Origin: Candidatus Micrarchaeota archaeon
GTDB taxonomy: Archaea > Micrarchaeota > Micrarchaeia > Norongarragalinales > Norongarragalinaceae
Direction of reading: 5' to 3'
DNA: 64,000 bases
NCBI GenBank assembly: GCA_016212375.1
Contig: JACRGH010000044.1
Location: forward strand, 1,428 to 65,427
The notes below the pieces were generated by a model. That model saw nothing but the letters and a program-made list of their open reading frames with translations. It was not told the DNA's origin and ran no database searches. A program made the translations under genes and the position numbers. Positions 1-10,591 of this stretch are shown piece by piece (the stretch's first letter is position 1; every line of letters begins with the position of its first letter).

Positions 1-1523
1 CCGGTTTTCGAGCGGCGCTCGGCGATGCTCGCGAGGACCGCGATGCCGGAGGAGTCCAAGTAGTCGACATGCGTGAGGTCGAGAACCAAGGCGGGACAGG
101 CCTCACGAGGTGTTTCGTCAGCGATTTTTTCCAACATGTGGGCGGAGCCGAAAAAAAGCGGGCCGCTGATGCGATAGGTGCGGGCGACTCCGGCAATGTC
201 CGGTGCCAATGTTGTTTCGCTTGAAGCCGGGCTTTGGGAGGCAACTTGGCTGACTTCCACGTTGTCGCTCATTTTCTTGATGAACAATAAGCCGGCGAGG
301 GTGAAGCCGACCAAAATTGCCGTGGTGAGCTCAAGGAAAACGGTGGAGCCCACGGTCACGGCCAAAACCACCACGTCCGATTTACTGTCCGCCAAAAAGT
401 GCTTGATTTCCGCGATGCCGACCAAGTGGAAAGCGGTGAACATCAAAATACCGGCAAGGACGGGCATGGGAATGTATTGCGCCAAAGGCGCCAATACCAA
501 CAGCACACCCAGCAACATGACGGAGTGGACGATTGCAGAGAGGCGCGTTTTGGCGCCGTTCTTGACGTTTGTTGCCGAGCGGACGATGACCGACGTGGCC
601 GGAATACCATGAAAGAAAGGCAGGACCGTATTGGCAATGCCCTGGCCGACCAACTCCTTGGACGAGCTGTGCTTGGTGCCGGTCATGCCATCGAGAGAGA
701 CGGCCGAAAGGAGGCTTTCGATGCTTGCCAACAAGGCGATGGCCAACGCCGAGGGAAATAGGTCGTTGAGTTTGCCAATGTCAACGGCCGGGATTGAAAA
801 TGTGGGCAAACCGCTGGGCACGATACCGATGGTCTTAACGGTAAGCCCAAGGGCCAAGGCCACGGCGGTGACGGCCACCAAAGCGGCAAAGGACGCGGGA
901 ATTTTCTTGGAAAAGCGGGGAATAGCGAACAACAAAACGAGAGTCAGCATGCCCAAACCAAAAGCGGCGACATTGAATTGGCCGAAATGAAGGACGAAGG
1001 CGCTCAGCTGTCCAAAGGCGTTTTCGGCCTTGGTATCGATGCCGGTGAGGTTTCCGAGCTGTTGGATGAAGATAAGCAGGCCGATTCCGGTGGTGAAGCC
1101 GACCACGACGGTATAGGGGATGAACTTCACAACACGGCCGATGCCGGACAGTCCCATGGCAATCTGGATAAGACCTGCCAAAATGGCGGCAACCATCAAC
1201 CCGTCCAAGCCGAACTTCGCTACTATACTATAGAGGAGTACGGTCATGGCGGCGGCAGGGCCGGCAACCCCCAACTCGGTGCCCCCGAAGAGCGCGACCA
1301 AGAAGCCGGCGATAATGGCCGTATAAATCCCATACACCGGAGGAACGCCGGAGGCGATGGCGATGGCCAAACAAAGCGGAATGGCCACGACCATGACGAT
1401 GGTGCCGGCAATGAAGTCTTCTTTGGCGTACTTGAACGAAACGGAATTGGGCTTGAGCAGTTCAAGAAACGAATGGCTGATTTCCTTGGCACGGGATTTG
1501 AAGCGTTGGGCTTTGGCTTTCAC
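1..1523 (-). CDS. SulP family anion permease with STAS domain (runs off window start)
   Basis: Hand translation from GTG at 1523 (GAAGGTG upstream) gives ...DFIAGTIVMVVAIPLCLAIAIASGVPPVYGIYTAII..., the SulP signature. The C-terminal part has YRISGPLFFGSA and LVLDLTHVDYLDSSG (STAS). Absent from the ORF track because there is no stop inside the window. Confidence 0.9.
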   Translation of the reverse strand, partial: MKAKAQRFKSRAKEISHSFLELLKPNSVSFKYAKEDFIAGTIVMVVAIPLCLAIAIASGVPPVYGIYTAIIAGFLVALFGGTELGVAGPAAAMTVLLYSIVAKFGLDGLMVAAILAGLIQIAMGLSGIGRVVKFIPYTVVVGFTTGIGLLIFIQQLGNLTGIDTKAENAFGQLSAFVLHFGQFNVAAFGLGMLTLVLLFAIPRFSKKIPASFAALVAVTAVALALGLTVKTIGIVPSGLPTFSIPAVDIGKLNDLFPSALAIALLASIESLLSAVSLDGMTGTKHSSSKELVGQGIANTVLPFFHGIPATSVIVRSATNVKNGAKTRLSAIVHSVMLLGVLLVLAPLAQYIPMPVLAGILMFTAFHLVGIAEIKHFLADSKSDVVVLAVTVGSTVFLELTTAILVGFTLAGLLFIKKMSDNVEVSQVASQSPASSETTLAPDIAGVARTYRISGPLFFGSAHMLEKIADETPREACPALVLDLTHVDYLDSSGIAVLASIAERRSKT

Positions 1524-1855
1524 GAATCATAACACCTTCAGGTTGGAAATGGATGACTAAAATAGCTATATCGGAAATGAACGCTACCGCACTTTGAAAA
1601 CCGGGTTACATTTTGCGCGGATGTGCGCTTTAAACGGAAAAAAAGCCGCGAAGGGGGCCTTGAACAAATCGAAACGTTCCGTATGATGGATTTTTCAGGT
1701 CGTATTAGACCGTAACCGTTACAAGTTTAAAAAACCGATTGAAAGAAGCCCAAACTCGTATCGAAGAAAAAAGAGGATGACCCGTTACACCCAGTTACAC
1801 AATTGGAGAATGCAAAAAGCACGCAACCTCTTTTTTATAGTCCGCCGCAGTAAGG

Positions 1856-4147
1856 ATGCATGATTCCATGGCACCCGGACAGGCCGTCGTCAAAAGCGAC
1901 GGCGGCAAAAAAAGACTGGTTATCGACTACCGCGGCATGGCCTGGGGGCCGGACATCGCGCAATACGGACAGGCGTTTGCCGACGTGGTGGAAAAACTGC
2001 GCGAAGCCGATGCGGACGAAGTCGTGCTCAGCGAATATTACGAGCGCATTTACGACGAAAAGCAGACCAGTTGGCTGCGCGAAGTCGCCGATTTGATCAA
2101 CAACTTGGAAGCGGATGCCGTCTGGAGTCCCTCGCACCTGGGCAAGACCACGGAGTCCAAGACATTGGGGCCGCGCCACGATGCCGTCCTGAGGATATTG
2201 AACCTTATCAAGTCCGACCCGTTCAAAGCCTATCTGACGCTCATTCAGGAAATGAAAGGAGTAGCAGGGCAGGCGGCCAATGCCGGGCCGAACCTGGAAG
2301 ACGTCCAAATTTACCTCGGCACCCTGCGGTACATCCGGCAGAAAATGGAAGAGATGAAGCTCATCCAAGCCATGAAGGATTACCTGTCGCAGTTGGGTAG
2401 CATCCCCGAAGGCCGGACGGCATACCACGCGTTTTTCGAAAGTTCAATCAAGCCGTCGTTCATCGGCTCGCGCATCTTTTTCACGGCCACCGAACAGCTC
2501 GAATTGGTGGACCAGTACGACGTGGACGGGACCAAGGTGTACATCTATCGCCACCCCGACCAGGTGCAATACCAGTATTTCATCAACCCGCCGGAATACA
2601 GCCTGCCGCCGGAAAAATACTTCTTGTTGGAAAAAACCAAGGAAGTGGTGGCCCAGCACCGTCCTGAATCCGTCCAATTCCTCGACATCACCCAGGCGCG
2701 CAAATATTTCCGCAAAGTCTACGTGGCGACCATCGCGGATTTGGCCCTGAAAAACAACATCAAACTGACGGTCGAGGAAAAAGAGGACTTGGCCTCCATC
2801 GTGGCCCGCTACACCATCGGTTACGGCATCTTGGAAATCCTGCTTTCCGATCGCCGGGTCACCGATGTGTACATCGATTCCCCCCTAGGCGACAAACCCA
2901 TCTACTTGGTGCATGGCAAATACGGCCAATGCCAGACCAACGTCATCTTTTCCAATGAAGAGGCGCGAAGCATCGTGTCCCGTTTCCGTGCCCTTTCGGG
3001 TCGTCCGTTTGATGAGGGCCACCCCATCTTGGACTTTGATTTGGAAGACTTGCAGACGCGCATCGCCGTCATCGGAAAACCCCTTGCTTTGGATGGAATC
3101 GCATTCGCATTCCGGTTGCACAAACAGACGCCGTGGACCTTGGCGCAATTCGTGGACGGAAAAGCGTTCGACTCCTTTACCGCCGGCGTCCTGTCCTTTT
3201 TCGTCGACGCACAGGCGTCGATGTTGATTGTCGGATCCAGAGGCGCAGGGAAAACTTCACTTTTGCAGGCCATGATGTTGGAACTGCCGCAAAACCTACG
3301 CACCCTTGTCCAGGAAGACACCCAGGAGCTCCCCGTCCCCCAGATGAAGAAACTGGGACTGAACATCCAGCGCCTCAAGACCCGCCCGCCTTTGGGCGGT
3401 GGCACGGAAAGCGAAGTGTCAGCCGAAGACGCCCTACGAACTGCCTTGCGGTTGGGAGATTCCGTGTTGATTGTCGGTGAAGTCCGGAGTACCGAAGCTA
3501 AAGCCCTATATGAGGCCATGCGTGTCGGTGCCGTCGGTAACGTCGTCATGGGCACCATCCACGGCGAGTCGGCGTACAGCATCTGGGACCGGGTGGTGAA
3601 CGACTTGGGCGTTCCAACTACGTCCTTCAAGGCCACCGATTTTTGCGTCGTTGCCGCACCCATCCGGTTCAAAGGCTCGCTCAAGCGCTTCCGCCGGCTC
3701 ATCGAGCTGACCGAAGTGAAGAAAGACTGGTCGGAAGATCCCGGAAAGGAAGACGGATTTTTGCAGTGGATGACCTTCGATGCCAACAAGGACGGCTTGG
3801 ATTTGTTCAAGGAGGCCATCAAAAGCAAAAGCGAGTGGTTGCAAAAAGTGCAGCGCATGCGCGGCTTGGATTTCGACGCGGTTTGGAGCGAAATCGAGGC
3901 TAGGGGGCAGACCAAACAATACCTGGTTGACGCCAAGAACAAGTTGGAGATTCCACGCCTGCTAGAGGCTGAATACGCCGTCCGAGCGCATATGCACTAC
4001 TTATTGGCCTCGGAAAAACAACGCGAGGAAACCGGAAAAGTCGACTACCCCACCTTGATGGCCGGCTGGAAAGAATGGGTGGACCGCGAACTGGTCGCGG
4101 ATTTGGTGCGGCAAAAAGAAAGTGCGGCGCAAGGCGCGGCGGAATAG
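1856..4147 (+). CDS. Type II/IV secretion (VirB11/TadA/ArlI-like) ATPase with long N-terminal domain
   Basis: Walker A GSRGAGKT, Walker B LIVGEVR, His box TIHG, ALRTALR motif; upstream of TadC-like and pilin genes. Confidence 0.9.
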   Translation: MHDSMAPGQAVVKSDGGKKRLVIDYRGMAWGPDIAQYGQAFADVVEKLREADADEVVLSEYYERIYDEKQTSWLREVADLINNLEADAVWSPSHLGKTTESKTLGPRHDAVLRILNLIKSDPFKAYLTLIQEMKGVAGQAANAGPNLEDVQIYLGTLRYIRQKMEEMKLIQAMKDYLSQLGSIPEGRTAYHAFFESSIKPSFIGSRIFFTATEQLELVDQYDVDGTKVYIYRHPDQVQYQYFINPPEYSLPPEKYFLLEKTKEVVAQHRPESVQFLDITQARKYFRKVYVATIADLALKNNIKLTVEEKEDLASIVARYTIGYGILEILLSDRRVTDVYIDSPLGDKPIYLVHGKYGQCQTNVIFSNEEARSIVSRFRALSGRPFDEGHPILDFDLEDLQTRIAVIGKPLALDGIAFAFRLHKQTPWTLAQFVDGKAFDSFTAGVLSFFVDAQASMLIVGSRGAGKTSLLQAMMLELPQNLRTLVQEDTQELPVPQMKKLGLNIQRLKTRPPLGGGTESEVSAEDALRTALRLGDSVLIVGEVRSTEAKALYEAMRVGAVGNVVMGTIHGESAYSIWDRVVNDLGVPTTSFKATDFCVVAAPIRFKGSLKRFRRLIELTEVKKDWSEDPGKEDGFLQWMTFDANKDGLDLFKEAIKSKSEWLQKVQRMRGLDFDAVWSEIEARGQTKQYLVDAKNKLEIPRLLEAEYAVRAHMHYLLASEKQREETGKVDYPTLMAGWKEWVDRELVADLVRQKESAAQGAAE

Positions 4148-4220
4148 GAGAAGACACCAAAGCGGGACAGCAACAGAGTAGTGAATTGGTACCAACACCG
4201 TAAAACGCAACTATACGGAC

Positions 4221-4601
4221 CTAATACCCTTCGACTTTCAACCCGCCAACCCGTGAAAAATGCTTGAGGTTGGGCGTCAGAAGCAACTCGTTTTCCACAA
4301 GGGCAACGGCGGCCATCATGCAATCCAACGCGCCGATATCCTGGCCTTGGTTTTTGAGGGTGCGGTAAAGGGCGCCGGCGGCTTCGGCATGCGCTTCGGT
4401 GAAAGGCACGGACTCCAAATGGTCCAACAACCGCCGTCGGCGTTGTTCAATCCCAGGAGGCGAGCCGGCACTTAATTCAAATACGGCCGGAGTGGGAACG
4501 CGGATACGCTGTCCGGAATTCTCATAACCGGCAATCTTCGCGATGAGCGCCTTGTTTTCCTGCGACAGGTGGATGACGGCGGCGGTGTCTAAGAGGACCA
4601 T
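4221..4601 (-). CDS. vapC: VapC-type PIN domain toxin
   Basis: LLDTAAVI, VFEL, DCMMAAVAL, NLKHF PIN motifs; overlaps the upstream antitoxin. Confidence 0.88.
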   Translation of the reverse strand: MVLLDTAAVIHLSQENKALIAKIAGYENSGQRIRVPTPAVFELSAGSPPGIEQRRRRLLDHLESVPFTEAHAEAAGALYRTLKNQGQDIGALDCMMAAVALVENELLLTPNLKHFSRVGGLKVEGY

Positions 4602-4807
4602 GAGCGCACCTTGACTGACTCGCGGACCTTTTGGACGCCAGCCTGCCATTCGCGGGCTTCCTCGTCGGTGATGATGCGGCCCAAATCCGACACTTTTTCC
4701 TGGCGCAATAAGCGGGAGATTTCATCCGAGAAACTCTCATGGGCGTCCTTGCGTTTTTTGAGGCGGGCGTAGACCTCTTCGGAAATGCTGATATTTTTGA
4801 ATCCCAT
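4589..4807 (-). CDS. vapB: Archaeal VapB-type antitoxin (DUF217/UPF0330-like)
   Basis: MGFKNISISEEVYARLKKRK..ESFSDEISRLL; directly upstream of the PIN gene. Confidence 0.85.
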   Translation of the reverse strand: MGFKNISISEEVYARLKKRKDAHESFSDEISRLLRQEKVSDLGRIITDEEAREWQAGVQKVRESVKVRSWSS

Positions 4808-4964
4808 ACTACACACATACCCACACCGATATAAAACAGTTTGGGCGTTGTTCAACACCACCGCCACCACAACCACCAACGATGAACTACCGACCGCACC
4901 CACGAGAAAAAAATACAGGAAGCCGAAGACCTTTTATCCTGAGTTTCCGTCGATTCTAATCAGT

Positions 4965-7256
4965 ATGCCCCCCCGTAACCCATCCGGCAAACCTGAAAAA
5001 CCCCAAAAAGCCCAGAGCCTCTACTCTCAGGGCGATTCGGGGTACTCCGATTTTGACGAAGTCAAGACGGGTCCGCCCCAAGTGCCGGCATTTGTCAAGA
5101 CCACGCAAAGCTACGCCAAGATGTTCGCCTCGTACGGCAAGAACGGAAAATTCACGGATGAGGAGGCCGACGCGTTCGCATTTTTGGGCTGGGACGTGAC
5201 GCCGGAACAATTCTGCGCCGCGTACAAAGGCATCCGGACCGTCGGGTTGATGATCGGCGTAGTGATGGCGGTCGCGTTTTTCTTTTTGGCGGAAAATTTC
5301 CTGACCGATTTGCTGATGCGCGGCGTGTTTTGCGCCATCTTCATCGCCATGCCGCTTTTGATTTCACAAAACTACCGCAAAACACCATTCCAGCAGGTGG
5401 AAAAGGAAAAAATCCAGTCCTTGGCGTACGTCCCGGAAATCATCAATTATCTCACGATGAGCATGCGGCTGACGCCCAACTTGGAGCGCGCCGTCGAATT
5501 CGCCGCAAGCCACGGCCGCGGAAAAATCGCCGAGGACTTGAAGAAAATCGTCTGGGATGTCCAATTGGGACGTTACGAATCGGTCGAAGAGGGCTTGGAC
5601 GAATTGGCGTACCGCTGGGGCGCGTACAACGACGATTTCAAGCATGCCTTGATGATGATACGCGCGTCGGTGCTGGAGGCGGACAAGGAGAGGCGCTTTG
5701 CCTTGTTGGACAAAGCGGGCCAGGACGTCTTGGAAGGAAGTAAGGAAAAAATGGACCATTACGCGAGGAAATTGCAACAACCCACCGTGTACCTCTATTA
5801 CTTCGGCATCCTCCTGCCGCTGTTAATGGCGATTTTATTGCCCATCGGCTCCTCGCTTGCAAACATCGACTTGCTTTCCCGCGGCGAATTTTTGTTCGTC
5901 GTGTACAACATCATGATTCCCATCGGCGTGTTCGTTTTCGGCAAGAACATCCTGTCCAACAAGCCGCCCACCGGAACTCCGCCTAAGATTCCGGCCAACT
6001 TCCCGGGCCTGCCCAAAACCAAGCCCTTCACGTTCGTGGCCATTGCCTTGATTTTAGGCGGCGTCACCTTGGGCTATTTGACGGACATCGGCACCACGGC
6101 GGACGTCATCAACGGAGCCATCTATTTACCCGCCATGCACGCATTCATCGACCCGACGAACGACAATCCCGACCCGCTTTTGATTCCCGGCACCCTGGGG
6201 GGCATCAACACGTTTTTGGTCCGGCCCGAGGAACGTCAGGAAAAAATCCTCGACCAATTGGCCGTGCTGACCAAACCGGAGGAAGCCGGCGTACCTCGCA
6301 ACAGCCAGATTGCGGAGGAACTGCAAAAAATCCCCTACATCCGCCTTTTCGCACAACTGGGCATTTTCGTAGGCGAATTTGCCATTTTCGGCTTTTTGTT
6401 AGGCACCGGCATCGCCATCAGCATCTACCTGAATGGGAAATATTCCGAACGAAAAAAAGTCCAGGATGACGTTCGCGCCATGGAAACGGAATTCAAAGAC
6501 GCCATGTACGTCCTCGCATCCCGCATGGGCGAGAACAAACCCATTGAGGAAGCGTTGCGCTCCGCGGTCGCATTTTTGCCAAAAAGCAAAATCGGCCGCG
6601 ACGTATTCCGGCGGATTATCGAGAACATCTCCACGTTGGGCATGACTCTGGAAACCGCGATTTTTGACAAGACGTTCGGCGCCCTGCGCCTGGTACCCTC
6701 GCAAATCATCCGCAGCGGCATGCAATTTTTGGTCGACTCCGTGGATTTGGGCGTGGACGTGGCGGCGCGCTCCCTGATTGCGTTGTCCATGCAGTTGCGC
6801 AATTCGGAAAAAATCAACGAGTCCTTGCGCAAATTGTTGCAGGACGTGACCGTGATGCTGTCCACCATGGCAAGCTTTGTCGCACCCATCGTTTTGGGCG
6901 TCGTATCGGCGATGCAACGGCTCATCATCTCATCCTTGGCATCGCAGGGGTCCACAGGCGTGGAAGCAGGGGTGGACGCCGGCACCGGAGGAAGCGCCGT
7001 AGGCGGCCTAGGCGGGGGAGGCTTAAGCAGCATGTTCCAGGGAAAAGGCTTGGAAAACGCGGCAGAGCCCGGCTTGTTCATCCTGGTCCTTGGCATCTAC
7101 GCCTTGCAAATCGTCATCCTCCTGACGTACTTCAACTCGCAAATCGAGGACACCGGCAACGAACTGCACACCTACACCGCCATTGCAAAAAATGTTCCAC
7201 TCGCAATCGGCCTGTACTGTGCCACGGTGTACCTGGCGGGTACGTTTTTCAGTTAG
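4965..7256 (+). CDS. TadC/ArlJ-like membrane platform protein (duplicated T2SF domains)
   Basis: Multiple TM segments and two cytoplasmic repeats (PNLERAVEFAA, KPIEEALRSA); lies between the ATPase and pilins; ATG about 25 nt after a TATA-like CTTTTATC. Confidence 0.8.
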   Translation: MPPRNPSGKPEKPQKAQSLYSQGDSGYSDFDEVKTGPPQVPAFVKTTQSYAKMFASYGKNGKFTDEEADAFAFLGWDVTPEQFCAAYKGIRTVGLMIGVVMAVAFFFLAENFLTDLLMRGVFCAIFIAMPLLISQNYRKTPFQQVEKEKIQSLAYVPEIINYLTMSMRLTPNLERAVEFAASHGRGKIAEDLKKIVWDVQLGRYESVEEGLDELAYRWGAYNDDFKHALMMIRASVLEADKERRFALLDKAGQDVLEGSKEKMDHYARKLQQPTVYLYYFGILLPLLMAILLPIGSSLANIDLLSRGEFLFVVYNIMIPIGVFVFGKNILSNKPPTGTPPKIPANFPGLPKTKPFTFVAIALILGGVTLGYLTDIGTTADVINGAIYLPAMHAFIDPTNDNPDPLLIPGTLGGINTFLVRPEERQEKILDQLAVLTKPEEAGVPRNSQIAEELQKIPYIRLFAQLGIFVGEFAIFGFLLGTGIAISIYLNGKYSERKKVQDDVRAMETEFKDAMYVLASRMGENKPIEEALRSAVAFLPKSKIGRDVFRRIIENISTLGMTLETAIFDKTFGALRLVPSQIIRSGMQFLVDSVDLGVDVAARSLIALSMQLRNSEKINESLRKLLQDVTVMLSTMASFVAPIVLGVVSAMQRLIISSLASQGSTGVEAGVDAGTGGSAVGGLGGGGLSSMFQGKGLENAAEPGLFILVLGIYALQIVILLTYFNSQIEDTGNELHTYTAIAKNVPLAIGLYCATVYLAGTFFS

Positions 7257-7410
7257 GCATTTGAAAGCAGGATATAACCCATATCCAACGAAGTTGGAAA
7301 GCTTAAAAACGTCGCGTTTCGTAATGCCTGCGGCCCGTTTGGGAGCCTATCCGTCAAGTGATTGGCAAAGTTAAATCTTGAATCCAAAAACCATGTTTGG
7401 GGGAGTTTAC

Positions 7411-7911
7411 ATGAAGTTTTCCAAGAAAAACACACGTGCCTTGCGCGGCCAAGCCTTTGACACCATGATGTTGGTCATTTCCGTCATTATTGCTATCGCC
7501 ATCTTGGGCGTTTTGATGAACATCCTAGGCGGCATCAAAATCGGGGTGAACGACCCGTCATCGGTGATGAAAACGGACTTGAAAAGCATCGTCTCCAGCG
7601 GATATGGCATTTCAACTCCCAAGAAAGTCAGTTTCGACTCCGGGGTAGCGATTTTGCCCGGCTCCGTTATCGGCGACTCACCGTTGCAACCGGGAGATAT
7701 CAAATTTACAACACACTCAGGTGACTTCGATACGTCCGTAATGGAAATCAACGATGACTCCATTAAAGTAAACAAGAATTCCCAAGGGTACGTCGTAGTC
7801 TGTGGAAATGATAACCCCGGCCGCTCAGGCAATCCCAAATACTGCATCAGTATCGCCCGACAGGCCAATGATGCCCGGGATACGTGCGTCCAAAAATGCA
7901 ATCTCCGTTGA
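7411..7911 (+). CDS. Type IV pilin-like protein (class III signal peptide)
   Basis: MKFSKKNTRALRG|QAFDTMMLVISVIIAIAIL; C-terminal Cys residues. Confidence 0.8.
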   Translation: MKFSKKNTRALRGQAFDTMMLVISVIIAIAILGVLMNILGGIKIGVNDPSSVMKTDLKSIVSSGYGISTPKKVSFDSGVAILPGSVIGDSPLQPGDIKFTTHSGDFDTSVMEINDDSIKVNKNSQGYVVVCGNDNPGRSGNPKYCISIARQANDARDTCVQKCNLR

Positions 7912-7985
7912 TTTAACCCGGGAGTGGGCCGCGCACCCCCCCATCTCCCGAAACCTTTTTCTTCAACCGTTCCATTGACATCACT

Positions 7986-8285
7986 ATGCGCGGCACCGAG
8001 TGGGCTCCTTTGTATCTGTTGGTGGTACTAGCCATTGCCGCCATCCTGTTGGTCACGTTCGTCAAGCCGCTATTCCGCCAAGCCGCAGTAAGCGCCGAGG
8101 ATGCCAGCAAAGCGGCCAAAGACGCGGCCAAATCCGCAATGCCTTTCCTGGCGTTCATCCCATTTGGGCGCAACGTCAAAAAAAGCAAAAACGCGGTAAT
8201 CCAAATGTTGCAAAACGCGTGCTCCCTTTTCTTACCGCCAAGTCCGGTTCCAGTACGCGACGTTACCTACGGGGGTAAGCCGTAG
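7986..8285 (+). CDS. Small pilin-like protein
   Basis: MRG|TEWAPLYLLVVLAIAAILLV, a class III-like N-terminus. Confidence 0.65.
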   Translation: MRGTEWAPLYLLVVLAIAAILLVTFVKPLFRQAAVSAEDASKAAKDAAKSAMPFLAFIPFGRNVKKSKNAVIQMLQNACSLFLPPSPVPVRDVTYGGKP

Positions 8286-9110
8286 ATGCTCAGCCCAATA
8301 AAAATAAAATTCGCCCACAAAAACGAGGGGGGAATCCGGAGGAACCTCAAACTGAAGGGACGACGCAAGTCTTCGAAGGACTTGCGAAGGCCACAATTCC
8401 TGGAAGGAATTGTGTGCGGACGCTCACCCCTGCGGTTCCGGCGGGGACAAATGGACGCCCCCATTGAATTGGTCATCGCCATCATTATCATGGTCACCAG
8501 CCTCGGATTGGGGTTTTACGTAATGGAAACCAGCAAAAACAACCAGTGCATATCCGCGCTACAGACGCAGACGCAACAGTTGCAGCAAGCCATCTTGGAC
8601 GTAGGGTTGGGCTCTGCCGGAAGCAAAAAAACGATCCGATTTTCCATGCCCAGTTGCGGGGACCAAGCCGTACAGGGCATCCAGTTCGTCAAATACACGT
8701 CCGCTGAATTGTGCCGCCGCTGTCCGGGCCATTATTCGGGGTGTTGGCAAATCGTGCCGGTTGCGCGCACCCGTGACGGCATGACGGCGGTCAGCGACGC
8801 GATTACCTGCATCGAATTGCCGGCAGAACGGGTGAGCATCGAGCAGGCACAGACACCGGACCAAAGTTGCACACCGTTAAGCACCACGCCCTGTCCGGAT
8901 GGTACGACCAGTTGCCTGAGCCAATTGGGCATCGGTTCTTCATTGTATAACCCGGCCTCCGGCACCGGCTCATCCAACTGGCTGACGTTGGGAAGCCAAA
9001 ACGCCCGCCAGTACCTCATCACGTTCAACAAGGTCCTTTCAGTCGGCGATGTGACGGGGCACACCCAAATCACGATGTGCGCGGTACCGGTGGGCGTTCG
9101 GACCAATTGA
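8286..9110 (+). CDS. Cys-rich pilin-like protein with long leader (start uncertain)
   Basis: RRG|QMDAPIELVIAIIIMV cleavage motif plus hydrophobic helix; many Cys in the mature part. Confidence 0.75.
   Translation: MLSPIKIKFAHKNEGGIRRNLKLKGRRKSSKDLRRPQFLEGIVCGRSPLRFRRGQMDAPIELVIAIIIMVTSLGLGFYVMETSKNNQCISALQTQTQQLQQAILDVGLGSAGSKKTIRFSMPSCGDQAVQGIQFVKYTSAELCRRCPGHYSGCWQIVPVARTRDGMTAVSDAITCIELPAERVSIEQAQTPDQSCTPLSTTPCPDGTTSCLSQLGIGSSLYNPASGTGSSNWLTLGSQNARQYLITFNKVLSVGDVTGHTQITMCAVPVGVRTN
8364..8414. repeat. Two tandem palindromic hairpins
   Basis: CGCAAGTCTT-CGA-AGGACTTGCG (8364-8386) and CACAATTCCT-GGA-AGGAATTGTG (8392-8414). Confidence 0.7.
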
Positions 9111-9221
9111 GAAAAGCCGCACCGCAAAACCGTGTAAAAAAAGACGCGTAAAAACGGATTCAAACCCGGGTCGGCCCAAATGTTCCAAACGGTTTAAAAC
9201 GCACGTAACGTTGTTGCTCTG

Positions 9222-9995
9222 ATGCGAGCCCGAAAAACAGTTGCCAGGACAAGCCACACCACAAAGGTCGGCAGTTTCCGCGGTCCACGTGATTCTTTTC
9301 GCGCCCAAATCGCATTGTGGATGATGACCAAATTTGCGATGGTCTTTTTCATCATCTTACTTGCCGGCATCATGATCAGTTTTTCCGACACGCAAAAAAC
9401 CGCCATCTGCCGCACGCAGGCGCAATCCATGGCCAACAACATCGCCTCGACGTTGAGCAACGTCATCAATTCCCCGGTGGAGGACGAACGCAAGGTCGTT
9501 TCCTTCGTGTCCTCGCTTTCGGTGGGCAAAAGCCAGCTGGAACGATACACCATCAACGTCACTAATATCCCGGCGCAGAACGACCCGAAAACCGGATCAT
9601 TGGTGGTGCACGTATTGTCCGGCATGGGGTGCGAAGGATACGCCCGCGCGTCTTATGACAAGACCATGACCATCATGGACCCGACAACGTTAAGTTCACG
9701 TTGGAATGCGGGTTTGAGCCTGGAAATGAGGCCATCGGACATCCAGAAACGGGATTACTACCTCATTATTGCCAAATGCAAACCAAAACAGGCCGGTTTT
9801 TCCAGCTATTTGTACTTGCGCCAATGCAACGGCGTGTTGGGGACGGAATTGAATCCGGAAACGTCATGTCCGCCTTATTTGGAAAGCGCGGAACCGGACA
9901 TGACCAAACGGTTGGTCGCAAATCCGCTGCTTCGATGCTGCGGATGGGAAGCAGTTGAAAACGGAGGAACACCCCAATGCCCGGCCCCCATCTGA
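9222..9995 (+). CDS. Pilin-like protein
   Basis: FRA|QIALWMMTKFAMVFFIILLAGIMI class III-like motif; Cys-rich C-terminus. Confidence 0.72.
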   Translation: MRARKTVARTSHTTKVGSFRGPRDSFRAQIALWMMTKFAMVFFIILLAGIMISFSDTQKTAICRTQAQSMANNIASTLSNVINSPVEDERKVVSFVSSLSVGKSQLERYTINVTNIPAQNDPKTGSLVVHVLSGMGCEGYARASYDKTMTIMDPTTLSSRWNAGLSLEMRPSDIQKRDYYLIIAKCKPKQAGFSSYLYLRQCNGVLGTELNPETSCPPYLESAEPDMTKRLVANPLLRCCGWEAVENGGTPQCPAPI

Positions 9996-10591
9996 ACACT
10001 AAACACCGCTCAAGGGGTTTCGTTGGCCCTTTGGGCGATGATTTACCCAGCATTTTCCCCATCGTTGCCGCCGTGGTATTGTTCATCGGCACATTGGCGT
10101 ATGCCAACGGCTTGGTCGAGGGCAAGAACCGCTTGCTTGAAACGCGCCAAGCCGCATTGGCGCTGTCCTACCTTGCGACGGAAACGGGCCTCATCAACAA
10201 TCGCACCGATTTTGAGCAAAACACCTGCAAAGACCATCTGATGAAATATGCGCTGTCCAACCGCATCCAATTTGCCGTGACCGTGAAGCGGTATTGCCAG
10301 AGCATCCAATTTTATTATCCACAAGCCAACCCGTCTCCTGAATACTTGAAAAAAAACCCGTCATACATTCAAAAAAACGATTTGGAAACGCAGGGCCAGA
10401 CGTGGGCGTATTGCACCAACAAGGTGGACATCAACGGAAATTCCCCGGCGGACGGGCTTTTGGGCGTGCCAGAAGATGCCGTCGTCTTCACGTACCCGGT
10501 AGCCGTGCCATGTCCATTGCCAAACCAGCCGCCGACCAACGGATTGGGCCTTATCAACGTGATTGCATGGAAGGAACGCGGAAAAATATGA
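9977..10591 (+). CDS. Pilin-like protein
   Basis: RSRG|FVGPLGDDLPSIFPIVAAVVLFIG; overlaps its neighbours in an operon-like arrangement. Confidence 0.68.
   Translation: MPGPHLNTKHRSRGFVGPLGDDLPSIFPIVAAVVLFIGTLAYANGLVEGKNRLLETRQAALALSYLATETGLINNRTDFEQNTCKDHLMKYALSNRIQFAVTVKRYCQSIQFYYPQANPSPEYLKKNPSYIQKNDLETQGQTWAYCTNKVDINGNSPADGLLGVPEDAVVFTYPVAVPCPLPNQPPTNGLGLINVIAWKERGKI

Noticed and set aside
178-1560. Plus-strand ORFs in the track
   Set aside because: They are antisense shadows of the minus-strand SulP gene
1856-7256. Archaellum operon
   Set aside because: No archaellin, ArlF/G or ArlH genes were recognised; the downstream genes look like generic pilins
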